A stretch of 63,034 nt of DNA, filler included, from Elsinoe ampelina (taxonomy: Eukaryota): NCBI GenBank assembly GCA_010093995.1. It is 3 parts of 3 records of this genome, joined end to end, with 100 filler letters (N's around TTAATTAATTAA, not from the genome) between each part and the next. Parts side by side here need not be neighbours in the genome. Positions count along the whole stretch, not along the records: positions 1 to 31,843 come from ML992551.1; 2 more parts are not named here. One strand, 5' to 3'. This document shows, one piece after another, positions 12,701 through 25,196 of this stretch (the stretch's first letter is position 1; each line of letters starts with the position of its first letter). The notes under the pieces are model-generated. The model made no database searches, had not been told where the DNA came from, and was given only the letters and a program-made list of their open reading frames with translations. The translations under genes were made by a program, and so were the position numbers.

Positions 12701-15700
12701 GAACTATATTTAACCTTTAATCCTATAGTTAATATTAATTAACTACTAATATATATATAGAATAAGAATGTTAACTTCCTTATTATACTATTTAATATAT
12801 AACCTCTAACTAGTAAAAGGAAGAGATCTCTCTTACTATAAGAAACTATTAGAAGGTCCCTTAGAATATATTACTAGATTAATTATAAAAAACTTAATAA
12901 TACTAAGATTATTAGATCTATAGCTATTAATTTTAAGCTAGACCTATAAATAGTAAGAGATATACTATCCTCTCCTAAAGGTTATTACTAGTAAGCTATA
13001 ATAGAGGTAGAGTAGAAGGCTCTAACTAACTCTAAAACTCTTTTAATTATTAAGAAATTATAGGCACTAAGAGGTGTTAGGCTAATAATAGGCAAATAGG
13101 TCTTTAAGACTAAGAGGCTTACTAATAGTAAAGTTAAAAGATATAAGGCTTATTAGACTATAAGAGGCTTTACTTAAAGAGTAGATATTAACTTTATTAG
13201 AACCTTTATACTAACACTAAGAGCTAAAACTAGAAGAGTAATTCTTATATATACTCTTTATTATAACTAGGTCATTATAATAGTAGATATAGTTACTATA
13301 TTCCTTAGACTAGATATTAATATTAAGAACTATATCTCCTACCTAGAAGGCATACCAATTCCTAGTAAACAGAACAAGCTTATTGTTCTTATAAAGGGCT
13401 TATATAGGCTTAAGTAAGCTACTACCCTCTAGTATAACGCTATAGTTAAGGCACTTCTATTACTTAGTTTTATTAGATCCTATAGTAATACCTATCTCTT
13501 TATTAATAAGTATTATATAGTTCTTATATATATTAATAACTTTAGGATTATTACTACTAAGTAGAAGTATATAGATAAGCTAGTTAAAGATCTTTATCTT
13601 AAGTTTCTAATAAAGATTATAAACTTAAANNNNNNNNNNNNNNNNNNNNNNNNNNNNNNNNNNNNNNNNNNNNNNNNNNNNNNNNNNNNNNNNNNNNNNN
13701 NNNNNNNNNNNNNNNNNNNNNNNNNNNNNNNNNNNNNNNNNNNNNNNNNNNNNNNNNNNNNNNNNNNNNNNNNNNNNNNNNNNNNNNNNNNNNNNNNNNN
13801 NNNNNNNNNNNNNNNNNNNNNNNNNNNNNNNNNNNNNNNNNNNNNNNNNNNNNNNNNNNNNNNNNNNNNNNNNNNNNNNNNNNNNNNNNNNNNNNNNNNN
13901 NNNNNNNNNNNNNNNNNNNNNNNNNNNNNNNNNNNNNNNNNNNNNNNNNNNNNNNNNNNNNNNNNNNNNNNNNNNNNNNNNNNNNNNNNNNNNNNNNNNN
14001 NNNNNNNNNNNNNNNNNNNNNNNNNNNNNNNNNNNNNNNNNNNNNNNNNNNNNNNNNNNNNNNNNNNNNNNNNNNNNNNNNNNNNNNNNNNNNNNNNNNN
14101 NNNNNNNNNNNNNNNNNNNNNNNNNNNNNNNNNNNNNNNNNNNNNNNNNNNNNNNNNNNNNNNNNNNNNNNNNNNNNNNNNNNNNNNNNNNNNNNNNNNN
14201 NNNNNNNNNNNNNNNNNNNNNNNNNNNNNNNNNNNNNNNNNNNNNNNNNNNNNNNNNNNNNNNNNNNNNNNNNNNNNNNNNNNNNNNNNNNNNNNNNNNN
14301 NNNNNNNNNNNNNNNNNNNNNNNNNNNNNNNNNNNNNNNNNNNNNNNNNNNNNNNNNNNNNNNNNNNNNNNNNNNNNNNNNNNNNNNNNNNNNNNNNNNN
14401 NNNNNNNNNNNNNNNNNNNNNNNNNNNNNNNNNNNNNNNNNNNNNNNNNNNNNNNNNNNNNNNNNNNNNNNNNNNNNNNNNNNNNNNNNNNNNNNNNNNN
14501 NNNNNNNNNNNNNNNNNNNNNNNNNNNNNNNNNNNNNNNNNNNNTATATCTATACTATATACTTATTTAGATTTTATATATATTATTATTTTAAGTATAT
14601 TATTTATGCTACTACTACTTATTAAGCTATCTTATTTGTCTAAAAACTTAAAGTAAGTTACTCTAACATTAAAAAGAGAGAAAGAAAAAGCTATTATAAC
14701 CTTATTACTAGCTACTTATATCTAAGCTATATCTACTACTTAATACTAACTACTATCCTATACTACTAACTACTTATTACACTCTACTAATTACTTCCTT
14801 AGAGGAGTCCTTATTCTCTTAAAGCTCTTAAAGCTAGCACGAGATCTACTACCTATTAATATATTAGAGTTAGCCCTTAACCTTTCGTTTCTTAGGGAAG
14901 ATCTAGATATATTCCTTATATAACCTATACTACTAGCTAAACCTTATATAGTAAAGGTGTAAATAGTTAGAAGACTACACCTCTTACTAGATATAACCTT
15001 AGCTATACTTATAGCAAACCTAGCTATAATAACCTATAGGGCCTAGAGCTTAGCCTATATAGAATTTACTAGATTAGCAAAGTCTATAGGGACTATAATA
15101 AAGTAGCGTAAGTTAGGATATACTAAGGACTTATTAATAACATTAGTAGGCCTACTACGAGAAGAAGTAGGCCTTAGTAAGAACCTTTAAGGTAAAGCAC
15201 TACTAAAAGAGAAAGACCTTAGAAGCTTAGTTAGTAGGTATATTAGGCTATATAGAATAGGTTAGGTAATAGGCCTTAAACTACTTAGAGTTTCCTTTAG
15301 AGGCCTTAGAGTTAGAGTATACTAGATAAGAGAGTAAGTCTTATACTATAGACTATAGGTATAGTTAGTATAGGCACTATAGAACTAGCTAGAGACTATA
15401 ATATACTACTTAAACTTACTAGCCCTACTAAGGCTACTATTATTACCTAGAGTAGAGCCCTAACACTTAGTATAGCAGTTAGTACTATAGTAAACAACCC
15501 TTCTAGTAGCACTAGTTCCTATTAAGGTAGCTATATAAGTTAGAGAACTAGTTAAGTTAATTGTCTTAGTTAGGTTCTTTACCTAGATAGTAGCTATAAC
15601 TAAAAGATCTAGGTTACTAGCACTAAAAGCCTAAATAGTAGAGGACTTAAAGACTAAGTATAGCAAGTTATAGTTATAGTATCTAAGGTCCCTAAGGCTA

Positions 15701-16491
15701 GTAAGGTCGTTCTAGATACTTATAGTAAGCTCTTAAGTAAGAGCCTATTTAGTCCTAACTATAACGAGTTAGTACTACTTTTTAGACTATATAAGGGACA
15801 ATATACTAAGAGTATTTAGTCTAGTAATAGCCCTTATAGTACTTTACTCTCTTATCTTAGAACTAGTTAAATCTCTAGACTAAGGAAGATTACGTCCTTT
15901 ACCTCTACTACCTAGCGGACTACCTAGTGCTCTAGTACTAGTAGTAATACTACTAATACCTAGCTAAGTAGTAGCACTTATACTATAAGGAGTTAGTTTA
16001 TGCTATAGAAGGTGTAAAAGTAGAATGTAAAATAGTAGGCTATTGTTATAAGTGTAATAAAGGAAAGAGAAACTATAAAGAAGTTAGCTAGATACTTATA
16101 TCTCCCTTGTTAAGATTTATAAGCTAATCTATTTACATAGAACAATAGAGACAATAGCTGCCTAGCTATTGTTAATAGTTACTATTATTGCTAGCTGTTA
16201 TAAGCTAATCTAATAGTAAATTCTTACTAGTAATTAGCTAGCACTAACAATTATAAGTAATTATAAAGAGATAAAGTAATAAGCTAATTACTTTACTTAT
16301 ATGTAATAGGACAGTTCTCTAGCTTTAATAATCTATACTAGAGGGGGAGTGTTATAATAGAAGGCTAGTATAGCTTCTCTAGTACTAAAGAACTAGCACT
16401 AATAAGTCAGCGCATGCACAGTAGATAAATCGGTTATTGTAACTCTCTGAATGAAATACACGTCTCTCGATCCGATTTGCCAGTTACAACA
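9766..16491 (+). mobile_element. Full-length RIP-degenerate Ty1/Copia retrotransposon, family A (contains two N gaps)
   Basis: 142-bp LTRs at 9766-9907 and 16350-16491; 5-bp TSD AAGGA (9761-9765, 16492-16496); PBS GGTTATAAGCCC at 9908-9919; PPT AGAGGGGGAG at 16340-16349. Integrase (YLDLISPI, ISNRGSKF) precedes RT (GK*VFKTK, LYRLK*A, LIYINN = YVDD), the Copia order. Confidence 0.95.
14700..15985 (-). pseudogene. Antisense extra ORF in the Copia A 3' region, Cys-rich (DUF3716-like), RIP-degenerate; boundaries approximate
   Basis: Minus frame ~15480-15325 reads NCYTKC*G..RASKFK*YIIVSS*FYSAYTNYTYSL*YKTYSL; frame-preserving homology with 33760-35000. Confidence 0.6.
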
Positions 16492-16629
16492 AAGGATCCG
16501 CTCTTTACAGGCGGCCTGATCCAGAAGAAGGGCAGCACACCCAACAAGATCCTTCCAACAGCTCATGAGGAGGCCTTTGAGAGCGGCAACCCTCCTTTCA
16601 AAGAGGTGGCAAAGGAAGGAAATGCTTGA
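16492..16629 (+). pseudogene. Probable 3' remnant of a host gene cut by the Copia insertion
   Basis: Non-RIP, codon-like open frame starting at the TSD: KDPLFTGGLIQKKGSTPNKILPTAHEEAFESGNPPFKEVAKEGNA*. It continues in frame from the 31-bp spacer 9735-9765 (LYRTRILY). Confidence 0.45.
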
Positions 16630-16779
16630 TCGCGAGACTCTGCTCCGAGGCAGCGCAGGTTGCACCTCCGCCGTTCCTCCACTTCCCGAGATTGAAGCTC
16701 CAGGTTTTTTGACATCATCCCAACATTTCTGCTTTTCTCTACAGCTTCAATTCCAAACATCACTAAATTACATGAAGCC

Positions 16780-17847
16780 ATGGCAACAGTAGCGGACTCA
16801 CCTCCACAGAAGTATGCGCTCGTCACTGGCTGTACGCCTGGAGGCATCGGCCATTCTCTCGCCCTCACCCTCGCCGCCCCACCATACTCATACCATGTCC
16901 TCGCGACTGTGCGCGACCCCAGCAAACCCGATCTTTCTACCCTCTCCTCCCGACCAAACATCACTCTTCTCCCGCTAGACGTAACCTCCTCGGCCTCCAT
17001 CTCGGCATTAGTCGAGCAAATCTCAAGCATCACCTCTTCCCGCCTGCATCTTCTCGTCAACAATGCTGGCCGCAACTACACCGTCCCGGGAATCGAGGTC
17101 TCCATGGCCGAAGTCCGCTCCGTCTTCGAGACAAATGTCTTCAGCGTCATCAAGCTGACCAATGCCCTGGCTCCACTCCTCCTCAACGCCGCCTCTAGTC
17201 CTTCCTCCCACGGCCAGTCCAAATCCGGCTTCCACACCTCAACAGCCTACATTTCCCTCGATCCTTCTACCGCCACCCCTCGCATCTTCCGCCCCGTCCT
17301 CAACAGCATCAACTTCCTTCTCCGTCTCGCCACTTTCGGCATGCTCTCCCCGCTCTCTTCCCCTGAACCCCGCCCCACCATCATCAACATCGGCTCTCTC
17401 GCCGGCACATTACCATACGTCTTCGGCTCCGTCTACAACGCCAGCAAAGCCGCCCTGCACAGCTACGGGGACACCCTCCGCGTTGAGCTCGAGCCTTTCG
17501 GCGTTGACGTGGTGACCATCGTCACGGGTGGAGTGAAGAGCAATATCGGTAGGGTGGAAAGGCATCTCAAAGCGGACAGCAGGTATAGGGATGCGGAGGC
17601 CGAGTATGCGCATCGTCAAAAGTATGCAGCGGAAGTGGGGATGCGGAATGAGGAGTATGCGAGGAGGGTGTGTAGGAGGGTGTTGAAGGCTGGGGAGAAG
17701 GGGTACGTGTGGGAGGGTGCGATGGTGGGGTTAGCGAGGGCGGGAACTTGGGTGCCGCAGTGGGTGGTGGGGTGGTGGATGGGGAATAAGTTTGGGCTGG
17801 ACAAGGTTGGGAAGGGGCCGGTGGTGCAGGGAAAGAAGAAGGTGTGA
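16780..17847 (+). CDS. AYR1: Short-chain dehydrogenase/reductase, AYR1-like (1-acyl-DHAP reductase family)
   Basis: Intronless 355 aa; ALVTGCTPGGIG, LVNNAG, YNASKAA (YxxxK), LRVELEPFGV. Confidence 0.8.
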   Translation: MATVADSPPQKYALVTGCTPGGIGHSLALTLAAPPYSYHVLATVRDPSKPDLSTLSSRPNITLLPLDVTSSASISALVEQISSITSSRLHLLVNNAGRNYTVPGIEVSMAEVRSVFETNVFSVIKLTNALAPLLLNAASSPSSHGQSKSGFHTSTAYISLDPSTATPRIFRPVLNSINFLLRLATFGMLSPLSSPEPRPTIINIGSLAGTLPYVFGSVYNASKAALHSYGDTLRVELEPFGVDVVTIVTGGVKSNIGRVERHLKADSRYRDAEAEYAHRQKYAAEVGMRNEEYARRVCRRVLKAGEKGYVWEGAMVGLARAGTWVPQWVVGWWMGNKFGLDKVGKGPVVQGKKKV

Positions 17848-18610
17848 GAGGAGGGACACAGTAGGAAGTTGTTGAAACGCACACACGTCCACGCCTCGCA
17901 GCGACTGCTTTCGCCTACTCGACTGTCCTCACCCACAGGTCTATCACAATACAGTTGAGCTCCCTCGGCTGAGAAAGCTCGCTTGGTCTATTTGGTCGTC
18001 TCGACTGACGGAGGATCCTCGACTCTGCTCATGCCATCGACCTCACGTCCGGAGGACCTCGGAAGAACAGGCTGTCGTGATCTGACACAGAATACCGGGC
18101 ATCGATTGCCGGCGAAAGGATATGAGCTATCGGTTCGTGTACGACCAAAGCCGCGTTCTAGCCATCTCGATGCGAAGACACTGGAACGAGGTCGGTTGGC
18201 TGGATATATATGAGAGATGCTGTTCGAATACTGCCGTATGACGTATATGGCTAGCATGTCTTTATGATATATGTCCATCTCTGCTCAGATGCTTCATTGC
18301 CTAGGAGTTCCATTGTTGGGCTGACCAAATTGAGCCGCAGATCACGTGACATGTCTCCACTTTCGACCTCGCCATCCAGTCCGGATGCATCGGACACCGA
18401 CCTTACGACCTGACGCTCAATACGATGTCGATCTGTTCTTCGTCAAAAACAACTACCATGTATCATTCTCAACATTGATTAGTAGCTTACATGTGGGACG
18501 ATCGATCACTAATCCGTGAGCAAGCATGAAGGATAAACATAAATCCATCCTCTTCACTCGTGCTCGTCTCAACCTCGTCATTCTGTTCTACAAATATTAC
18601 GGTATTTATT

Positions 18611-19727
18611 ATGGTCTCGGAAAAGCGTGTAGCACTAATCGTCGGCGCCTCAAGAGGTATTGGCAGGCAGGTCGCCCTTGATCTTGCCAGGGATGGCTAC
18701 GCCGGTAGCTCGCCACACTCCCGCGAGACAGACCCGGGCTGACAACATGCAGTGGCCGGGGCCGCAAAATCAACATCGGATGCAAAGAATGTCAAACCTT
18801 TCCCACCAGACCCTCATTCGCCTCAATCTACAATAAACACTGTGGCTCGCGAGATTGAGGAGGCAGGCGGAGTAGCTCTGCCCATAGCCGTCGACGTGCG
18901 AGACCCCGATAACGTACAGCGAATGGTCGATACTGTTGTGCAGGTAGGTCATCAATCATGTTGTGGACTAGGGCCGACAGGGAACAGAAATTTGGTCGTC
19001 TGGATGTGGTTGTCTATAACTCTGGAGCCATCTGGTGGTCAAGCGTGGAGGGCACACCAGTGAAGCGCTTCCAGCTTATGCAGCAAGTCAATCCTCAGGG
19101 CTTATACGCCACGGTCCAAGCAGCTCTTCCACACTTCAAGGCTGGTGGCTGGAAAGGACGTATTATCGTCGTCTCGCCCCCCATCTACTCTCGATTCTTC
19201 CGCGGCAAGACGGCATACGCTATGGGTAAGGTAGGCATGTCTGTGCTGAACATTGGGCTCGCTATGGACTGGGAGCGGCAGGGACATAAAGACATGGCTA
19301 TCACTTCTCTTTGGCCGACAGCTGTAAGTGATGAGCCAACATAAAATTGGTCAGCTCTGATCGTCCCGAGGCCATCCAATCAGCCGCTACTCGAGACATG
19401 ACCGGCGAACAGGCGAAGGATCTCCGAAAAGCTGCAAGCACTCCTTCTATCGTGATATGTTGTAGACACTTATGATTACAGGAAATCTTCTCGGACGCAA
19501 TCCTAGCCATCCTCGACTCCCCTCCCAGCGTAGTCAATGGTAAGCTGGAGCTGGACGAGGACTTCTTGCGCCGTGAAAAGGGCATCACGGACTTCTCCAA
19601 ATACTCTCTTGTTCCAGGCTCAACCCCACGACGGATTATGCCGTCTAGATTTCCTGGACTCACTGTGCCCGAGCAAGACGATGAAGGACAGAGGCGAGAC
19701 AGCGCTCAACTAAGGTCGAAACTTTGA
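18611..19727 (+). CDS. Short-chain dehydrogenase, HSDL2-like, peroxisomal (multi-exon)
   Basis: VALIVGASRGIG, YAMGKVGMS, SLWP; several ~45-50 nt GT-AG introns; C-terminus ...QLRSKL* (PTS1 signal). Confidence 0.85.
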
Positions 19728-20124
19728 GGACGTCTTTGCCCGCCTTCAATCATAACACTATGGGCAAAACGCCTTCGGATTACCATGATTGTCTTCTCCA
19801 GATGAGTTGCCTTTTCATTCTACAAAGTTGATGGCTTCCGTATGATGGACAAACCCCATCCAGACCAGCTCACATTCCTCACCCCTTCCCACAAGGCGAC
19901 GCATTCCTCATTCCCCACCACGCTCCGCGTCGCAACAACAATCCAAGACCAGACCACAAAATGATCACTATGGAATCCGCTGCCGTTCTCTCCGTCTTTC
20001 ACAAATCTCCAGCTTCGCCGTCACTCATTCTGGTTCCATCGAACATCCACTCGCTAGCTTTTCTTCCTTCTCTTCCTTTAGTCTCTCCTTTTCACCTCAC
20101 CTGGTGTCTGCTGCTCTCAGCATC

Positions 20125-23069
20125 ATGTTCCCTTTCCAGTATGCGGTCTTCGCCGCTTTGCTTGGCCTCGCCTGGGCCCAGTCGACAGTGAATACCATAA
20201 CCCAGACTTTCGTCGGGAGTAATGGGGTTACCACAGTGCCCTGGCAAGATCTCCCCGGTCTCAGGGTGCCGAAAAAGTAGAGCTGACGAGGTTTGGCAGG
20301 CCTCCTTCATGTACGGCTCTGGATACCAGGACTTCGGCTGTATACGATTCCAACGCTCAAGAATTGTATTATTTCATGTGCGGTGAGTTGCAGAAGGCCC
20401 GAGAACGAAACAAGATTTTAAATCGACCAAGAATTGGCTTGCTGACGTGGAATTTAGGTGCCGCCACCAACAATCCTGGTCTTGCCACCTTCGGAGCCAA
20501 TACTACCTGGCGAGACTGCTTCGCTCGGTGTGATAACACCGCGGGATGTACCAGCTTCTCCTTTAACAATGCAGCGAATGGTATCAACTTCGGAGAGACC
20601 AGCGGGGATTGTGTCCTGAAAGCTGCTGCGCCTCCCGCCTTCTCGCAGACCGATACCCTCCAGTCCACTCGTATCGGTGTAATCCGATACAGGTTCGGTG
20701 AGAAACGATCCCCAGCAAAAAGCTTCTTGATCGACTAACAGGAGTAGTCAATACCGCTACCATCGGAACCACGACCTCGGCCACAACGACGACGAGTTCG
20801 TCTTCATCGAGCTCCACCTTCCCGACGACGACAACAAGTATCACGACGACCACTACCACCGGACTGACGGCCACCGTGACGGCCACGACGCTTTCGACAG
20901 TCTATGGTACCACCACGGCCACCTCGGTAAGAGTAAGCTCAGAATGAAACGCACAGGCAAGGCTAACTATGATGCAGACGGTCGTATCCACCGCAAGTGT
21001 GACACAGGTAAGTCTTCCAACCGCAAAGGCTATCCATGACTGACGTCGGGATTTAGACCCAGAGCGTGACCCAGAGCGTGACGCAGGTAAGCCAGCGAAG
21101 TTGCAAGCCCTCCCACCATTTGCTAACCTCACCAGACGCAAAGCGTGACAGGCACTCAGGTTCGCAGCAGATACATATCCTCAGTATATGACTCAAGCTG
21201 ATCGACTCCAGACCTTGACGACAACAAGCTTGGGTACTGCAACCCAGACTCAAAGCTTGACGGCTAGCATTACCACAGTGAGCGTCGAGAGCAGGATACT
21301 TGGGATGAAGCTAATGAACTTAGACCCAAAGTGTGACTGGTCCAACTCAAGTCGGTAGCAAGTTCCCAGGATCATGTCACCAGAAGCTGACTTCAGCCCC
21401 AGACACTGACGACGAGCGTCGGCACGGCCAGCGTCACCACAACTCAGAGCCTCACAGCTGTAGGAACCTCGAGCACGCCGATTGATATCCGGCTAACAAC
21501 CTTAGACACTGAGCGTGACTGGGCCGACTCAGGTTCGAAACTTGTGGGGACTTGAGCTGGCTTGACTAACGAGGATATCAGACCTTGACAACAACTAGCC
21601 TAGGCACCGCCACCACAACAGCGATTACAACCGCCACTGCTAGCGTTACGACTGTAGGCTAATTCATCGTCTGCGTAAACCGAGGCTAACAGAGATAGAC
21701 TCAAAGCGGTCCTACACAGGTTCGAGGGCAACTCAAACCCATGTCTCGATTCAAGCTGACTTCAGAAGACTCTCACTACGACTAGTCTAGGTACTGCTGT
21801 GAGTAAATTGGCATCCTTGGATGAGCAAAGCTGATCAATGTTTCCAGACTCAAACCCAGGTAAGACTTGCAGGTGCGATGTGCTACGACTCCTGCTGATA
21901 GCGTAGACTACAAGCGTGACAGGCCCGACCCAGGTATGCCGAGCTTTCTTGATGGCCGACAATGCCATACTGATGATGCTAGACACTCACGACGACCAAC
22001 ACAGCCACTCTCAGCTTGACCGGAACAGCCACAGCTGTGAGTCTAGAGATGAAGTGCTAATTGAGGCTATCACTGACTCCCGAAAGACCCAGACTGGCAC
22101 AGTCACCGGAACTCTCACCACAGTGTCGGACCGAGTAGTCACCCAGGTCGTCACAGCGGTATGATGTCTTTTCTGATACGTGTAAATCCACCGCTGACAT
22201 CTCCAGACGGCCACAGAGACGGTGAGGAGGACCAGAGTCGTCAAACGAATGGTGAGAGAGCCTTTGCTGATACAGCCCCCTCTAGTCGACGATCGATGAG
22301 ACGAGCACTTCGTCTCGATCCTCGTAATATCACTCCATCCATTCAGAGCGAGAAGCTGACTGACGCCATCAAGGTCACCCAGCTCTAGTAGTTCCAGCAC
22401 GACTCGAACTACGACGACGACGACGACGTAAGTGTTGATTTCAGGTTTAGGGAGAATTCCGCTAACAGGCCCCCAAGAACGACTTCCTCAAGCTCTTCCA
22501 GTACTTCGTCTCCAACCACGACCTCGACCAGCTCCTCCTCGTCTTCAAGCTCGCTCTCGACCTCGTCCTCGTCCAGCTCTTCCTCGTCTAGCTCGTCCTC
22601 GTCTAGCTCGTCCTCGTCTAGCTCGTCCTCGTCTAGCTCGTCCTCGTCTAGCTCGTCCTCGTCTAGCTTGTCCTCGTCTAGCTCGTCCTCATCTAGCTCA
22701 TCATCGTCCAGCTCTTCCTCATCTAGCTCGTCTTCCACCTCGTCCTCGGTCTCCGCTTCAACTTCGTCCTCCAGCTCCAGCTTATCCTCCAGCTCGTCAT
22801 CCTCCTCCAGCTCGTCGTCCTCTTCCAGCTCGACTGCTTCCTCTACCGCCTCGCTAACGACCTCTTCCGCTCTCACCCCATCGAGCTCGTCAAGCTCCAG
22901 CTCCAGCCCCAGCTCCACCCTTGCCTCCACCAGCTCCACCAGCTCGAGCAGCTCCTCCTCCTCTACCAGCAGCAGATCTTCCTCGACGGCTTCGACAACC
23001 ACCGATGGGCCCTCATGCCCGAACCCGGTGACCGTCTACGCCACAATCACCCCGACAATCACAGTCTAA
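20125..23069 (+). CDS. Secreted PAN/Apple-domain mucin-like protein with micro-exon-encoded Thr-rich stalk and Ser-rich tail (~22 exons)
   Basis: Signal peptide MFPFQYAVFAALLGLAWA; PAN/Apple Cys pattern YFMC..WRDCFARCDNTAGCTSFSF..GDCVLK. The manual splice model (first intron GC-AG) stays open to ...TDGPSCPNPVTVYATITPTITV* at 23069. Confidence 0.85.
22500..22990 (+). repeat. Ser-coding low-complexity tract with a 15-bp tandem unit (TCGTCCTCGTCTAGC)n
   Basis: About 6-7 near-perfect 15-bp units around 22590-22700, inside the last exon of the PAN-domain gene. Confidence 0.85.
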
Positions 23070-23650
23070 TCGCGGCATGATCTCAAGGTTCGCAGTGATA
23101 GGGAGTATGCATGGGTATACTTGGACCAAGAAAAGAGCCGGAGACATCACCATCATCAGCGTTCATCAAGTACTTGCTTCACATTCGTTCACAGTGGCCG
23201 GTGCCCTCGGCCGGTCGATTGCTTGTCCATTCATACGAGACAGGATTGGGTGGGATAGATAGCTTTAATGATATTTCATTGTCGGCGACCACGTTCACGA
23301 GCAAGGTACTTGGTGAAAAGATACAACCAGGTCTAGATGCATTCTTTGATGTATGTAGTGGAACACGTCGACGTACAGTGTCCTCTCCGAAAGGTCGCCG
23401 CCAGCTCCACCTTATCTCAAACTCGACGGCGTGTACCGGTAGTTCAGACGCCGTGACCTCTTATACTTTATACAAATTCTTTTTTGTCAAGGTGATCCCG
23501 CGTGGTACAGTAGTAGGCCCACGTGTCTTCTACTCTAAAAAGAAAATCGGCACATGATTATGTTGCGTATTCTTCGCATCCGCAACTTCCCTCATTGGAG
23601 ACGCCCCAAATTCCGGCAACCCGCTGATCAGCAAGAGACTATACCACGCT

Positions 23651-25196
23651 ATGAGGAGATTGATACTTTGGCACTGCAACGATGCTCATCGGCGCATATG
23701 CCGTGCGCATTCGGAGCTTCAGTTTCTTAGGAGCAACATCTCGAGTTTGCATCAACGTCGAAGAGCCTTCGACCTGTCGACACCCAGCCCGCCATGGCTG
23801 CAGCGACGCGATGCTAGCAGCACTTCAATACCGCCATCCGATGCTATCGACCATGGCCTGTGCGAGGAAAACCGATGCCAAGATTCTGATTTGTATTATC
23901 CGATTCGAATCGGGGACACCTACAACTCGAGGTATCAAGTCGTTGCGAAGTTGGGATACGGCTCGCAAGCCACAGTGTGGCTCTGCCACGACACTGCGTA
24001 TGAGAACTCGTTGATACAAGCGCTACATTCAGCTGACAATAATGCAGCCAGTCCCGGTACCTCGCGCTCAAAGTTTACATGTCGGCGTGGGCACGACGAT
24101 CGATCAGGCGTGAACTGGCTGTATCCAAGTATCTGAAAAGTATCGAATGGGATCATCCGGGCAAAGGAATGATACGGACAGTGGAAGATCATTTTCAGAT
24201 CGAGCATCGAGGTGCCACTCACGACTGCTTGGTGTTCCGGCCTGCAGGTATCCGTTATACGGATTACCGGAACCGGATGCCTTCGGGCGTATTCCCAAGC
24301 CTGTCTCTTCTGCAGCAGACATTGAGGGAACTTCTCACGGCACTCGACTTTCTCCATCAGGCCCAAGTCACCCATGGAGGTATGTCTGAGTGAAAGATGT
24401 ACAGAACGCGCGGGCTAATCCTCGTGCTAGACCTGTCCCCAAATAAGCTTTTAATGGGCGTCAAAGATCAGGATGTGTTTGCCAATCTCGAAGCTACCGA
24501 AAGAGAGAATCCCGCGCCTCGCAAGTATGGTCTCGATCGGGTTGTCTATAGCACATGCAACATGCCACTTACCGAGGGAATACCTGTGCTGAACGATCTC
24601 GGACAAGCACGCATTGGCCCATTCCATACAGGGGACGATGTAATGCCAGACGTCAACCGCGCACCCGAAGTCATACTAGGCGCGGGATGGGGGCCGCCAA
24701 TTGACATGTGGAGTGTTGGGCTCATGGTGAGTGATGAGACTCACTGACGGTCGAACGACCACCTCTGACCAAGGCAGGTATGGAATCTCTTCGAAGGGAA
24801 AAGGTTATTTCACGCTTTGAATACGACAGGTCAGGTGGATGACGAGTCTCATATCGCTGAGATGGTAGGATTGCTCGGACCTCCTCCAGATGAACTTCTC
24901 GAACGGAGTCCCAAGTGTGATGAGTATTGGGATCGAGACTGTAGGAGTCTTAACAGAGACTGCGTTGTGATCAGTGACACTGACAAGTGTTTATAGGCCG
25001 CTGGATCGCTTCTTCACCAATTCCTACTCAGACACTAGAGTCTCGTGAGGTCCGATTGACGTCCCCTTCGGCTAAGCATCTTCTGCTTGGTTTTGCCCGC
25101 CGAGTCCTTCAGTGGTTGCCGGAGAGTAGGGCTACTGCAAAAGAGCTCTTAGAGGACCCGTTCATCACTACGCGCTTAGGCGTAGATGATAAATAG
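23651..25196 (+). CDS. SRPK-like (CMGC) protein kinase of the fungal expanded type, multi-exon; start codon uncertain
   Basis: YYPIRIGD..RYQVVAKLGYG..ATVWLC, YLALKV, HGDLSPNK, LNDLG, RAPEVILG, IDMWSVG, WLPESRATAKELL; GT-AG introns at ~23998, 24380, 24727, 24941. Confidence 0.85.

Noticed and set aside
16780..19727. Two adjacent SDR genes as a possible biosynthetic cluster
   Set aside because: They belong to different housekeeping subfamilies, and no backbone enzyme (PKS, NRPS or terpene synthase) is in the window.
20927..22285. Regular repeat-spacer periodicity resembling a CRISPR array
   Set aside because: Eukaryotic DNA; the spacers are GT-AG introns with branch sites and the repeats are degenerate coding exons.
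22409..23002. Acidic (EDELD)n ORF on the minus strand and (RPRLA)n ORF on the plus strand
   Set aside because: Shadow frames of the poly-Ser exon of the PAN-domain gene.
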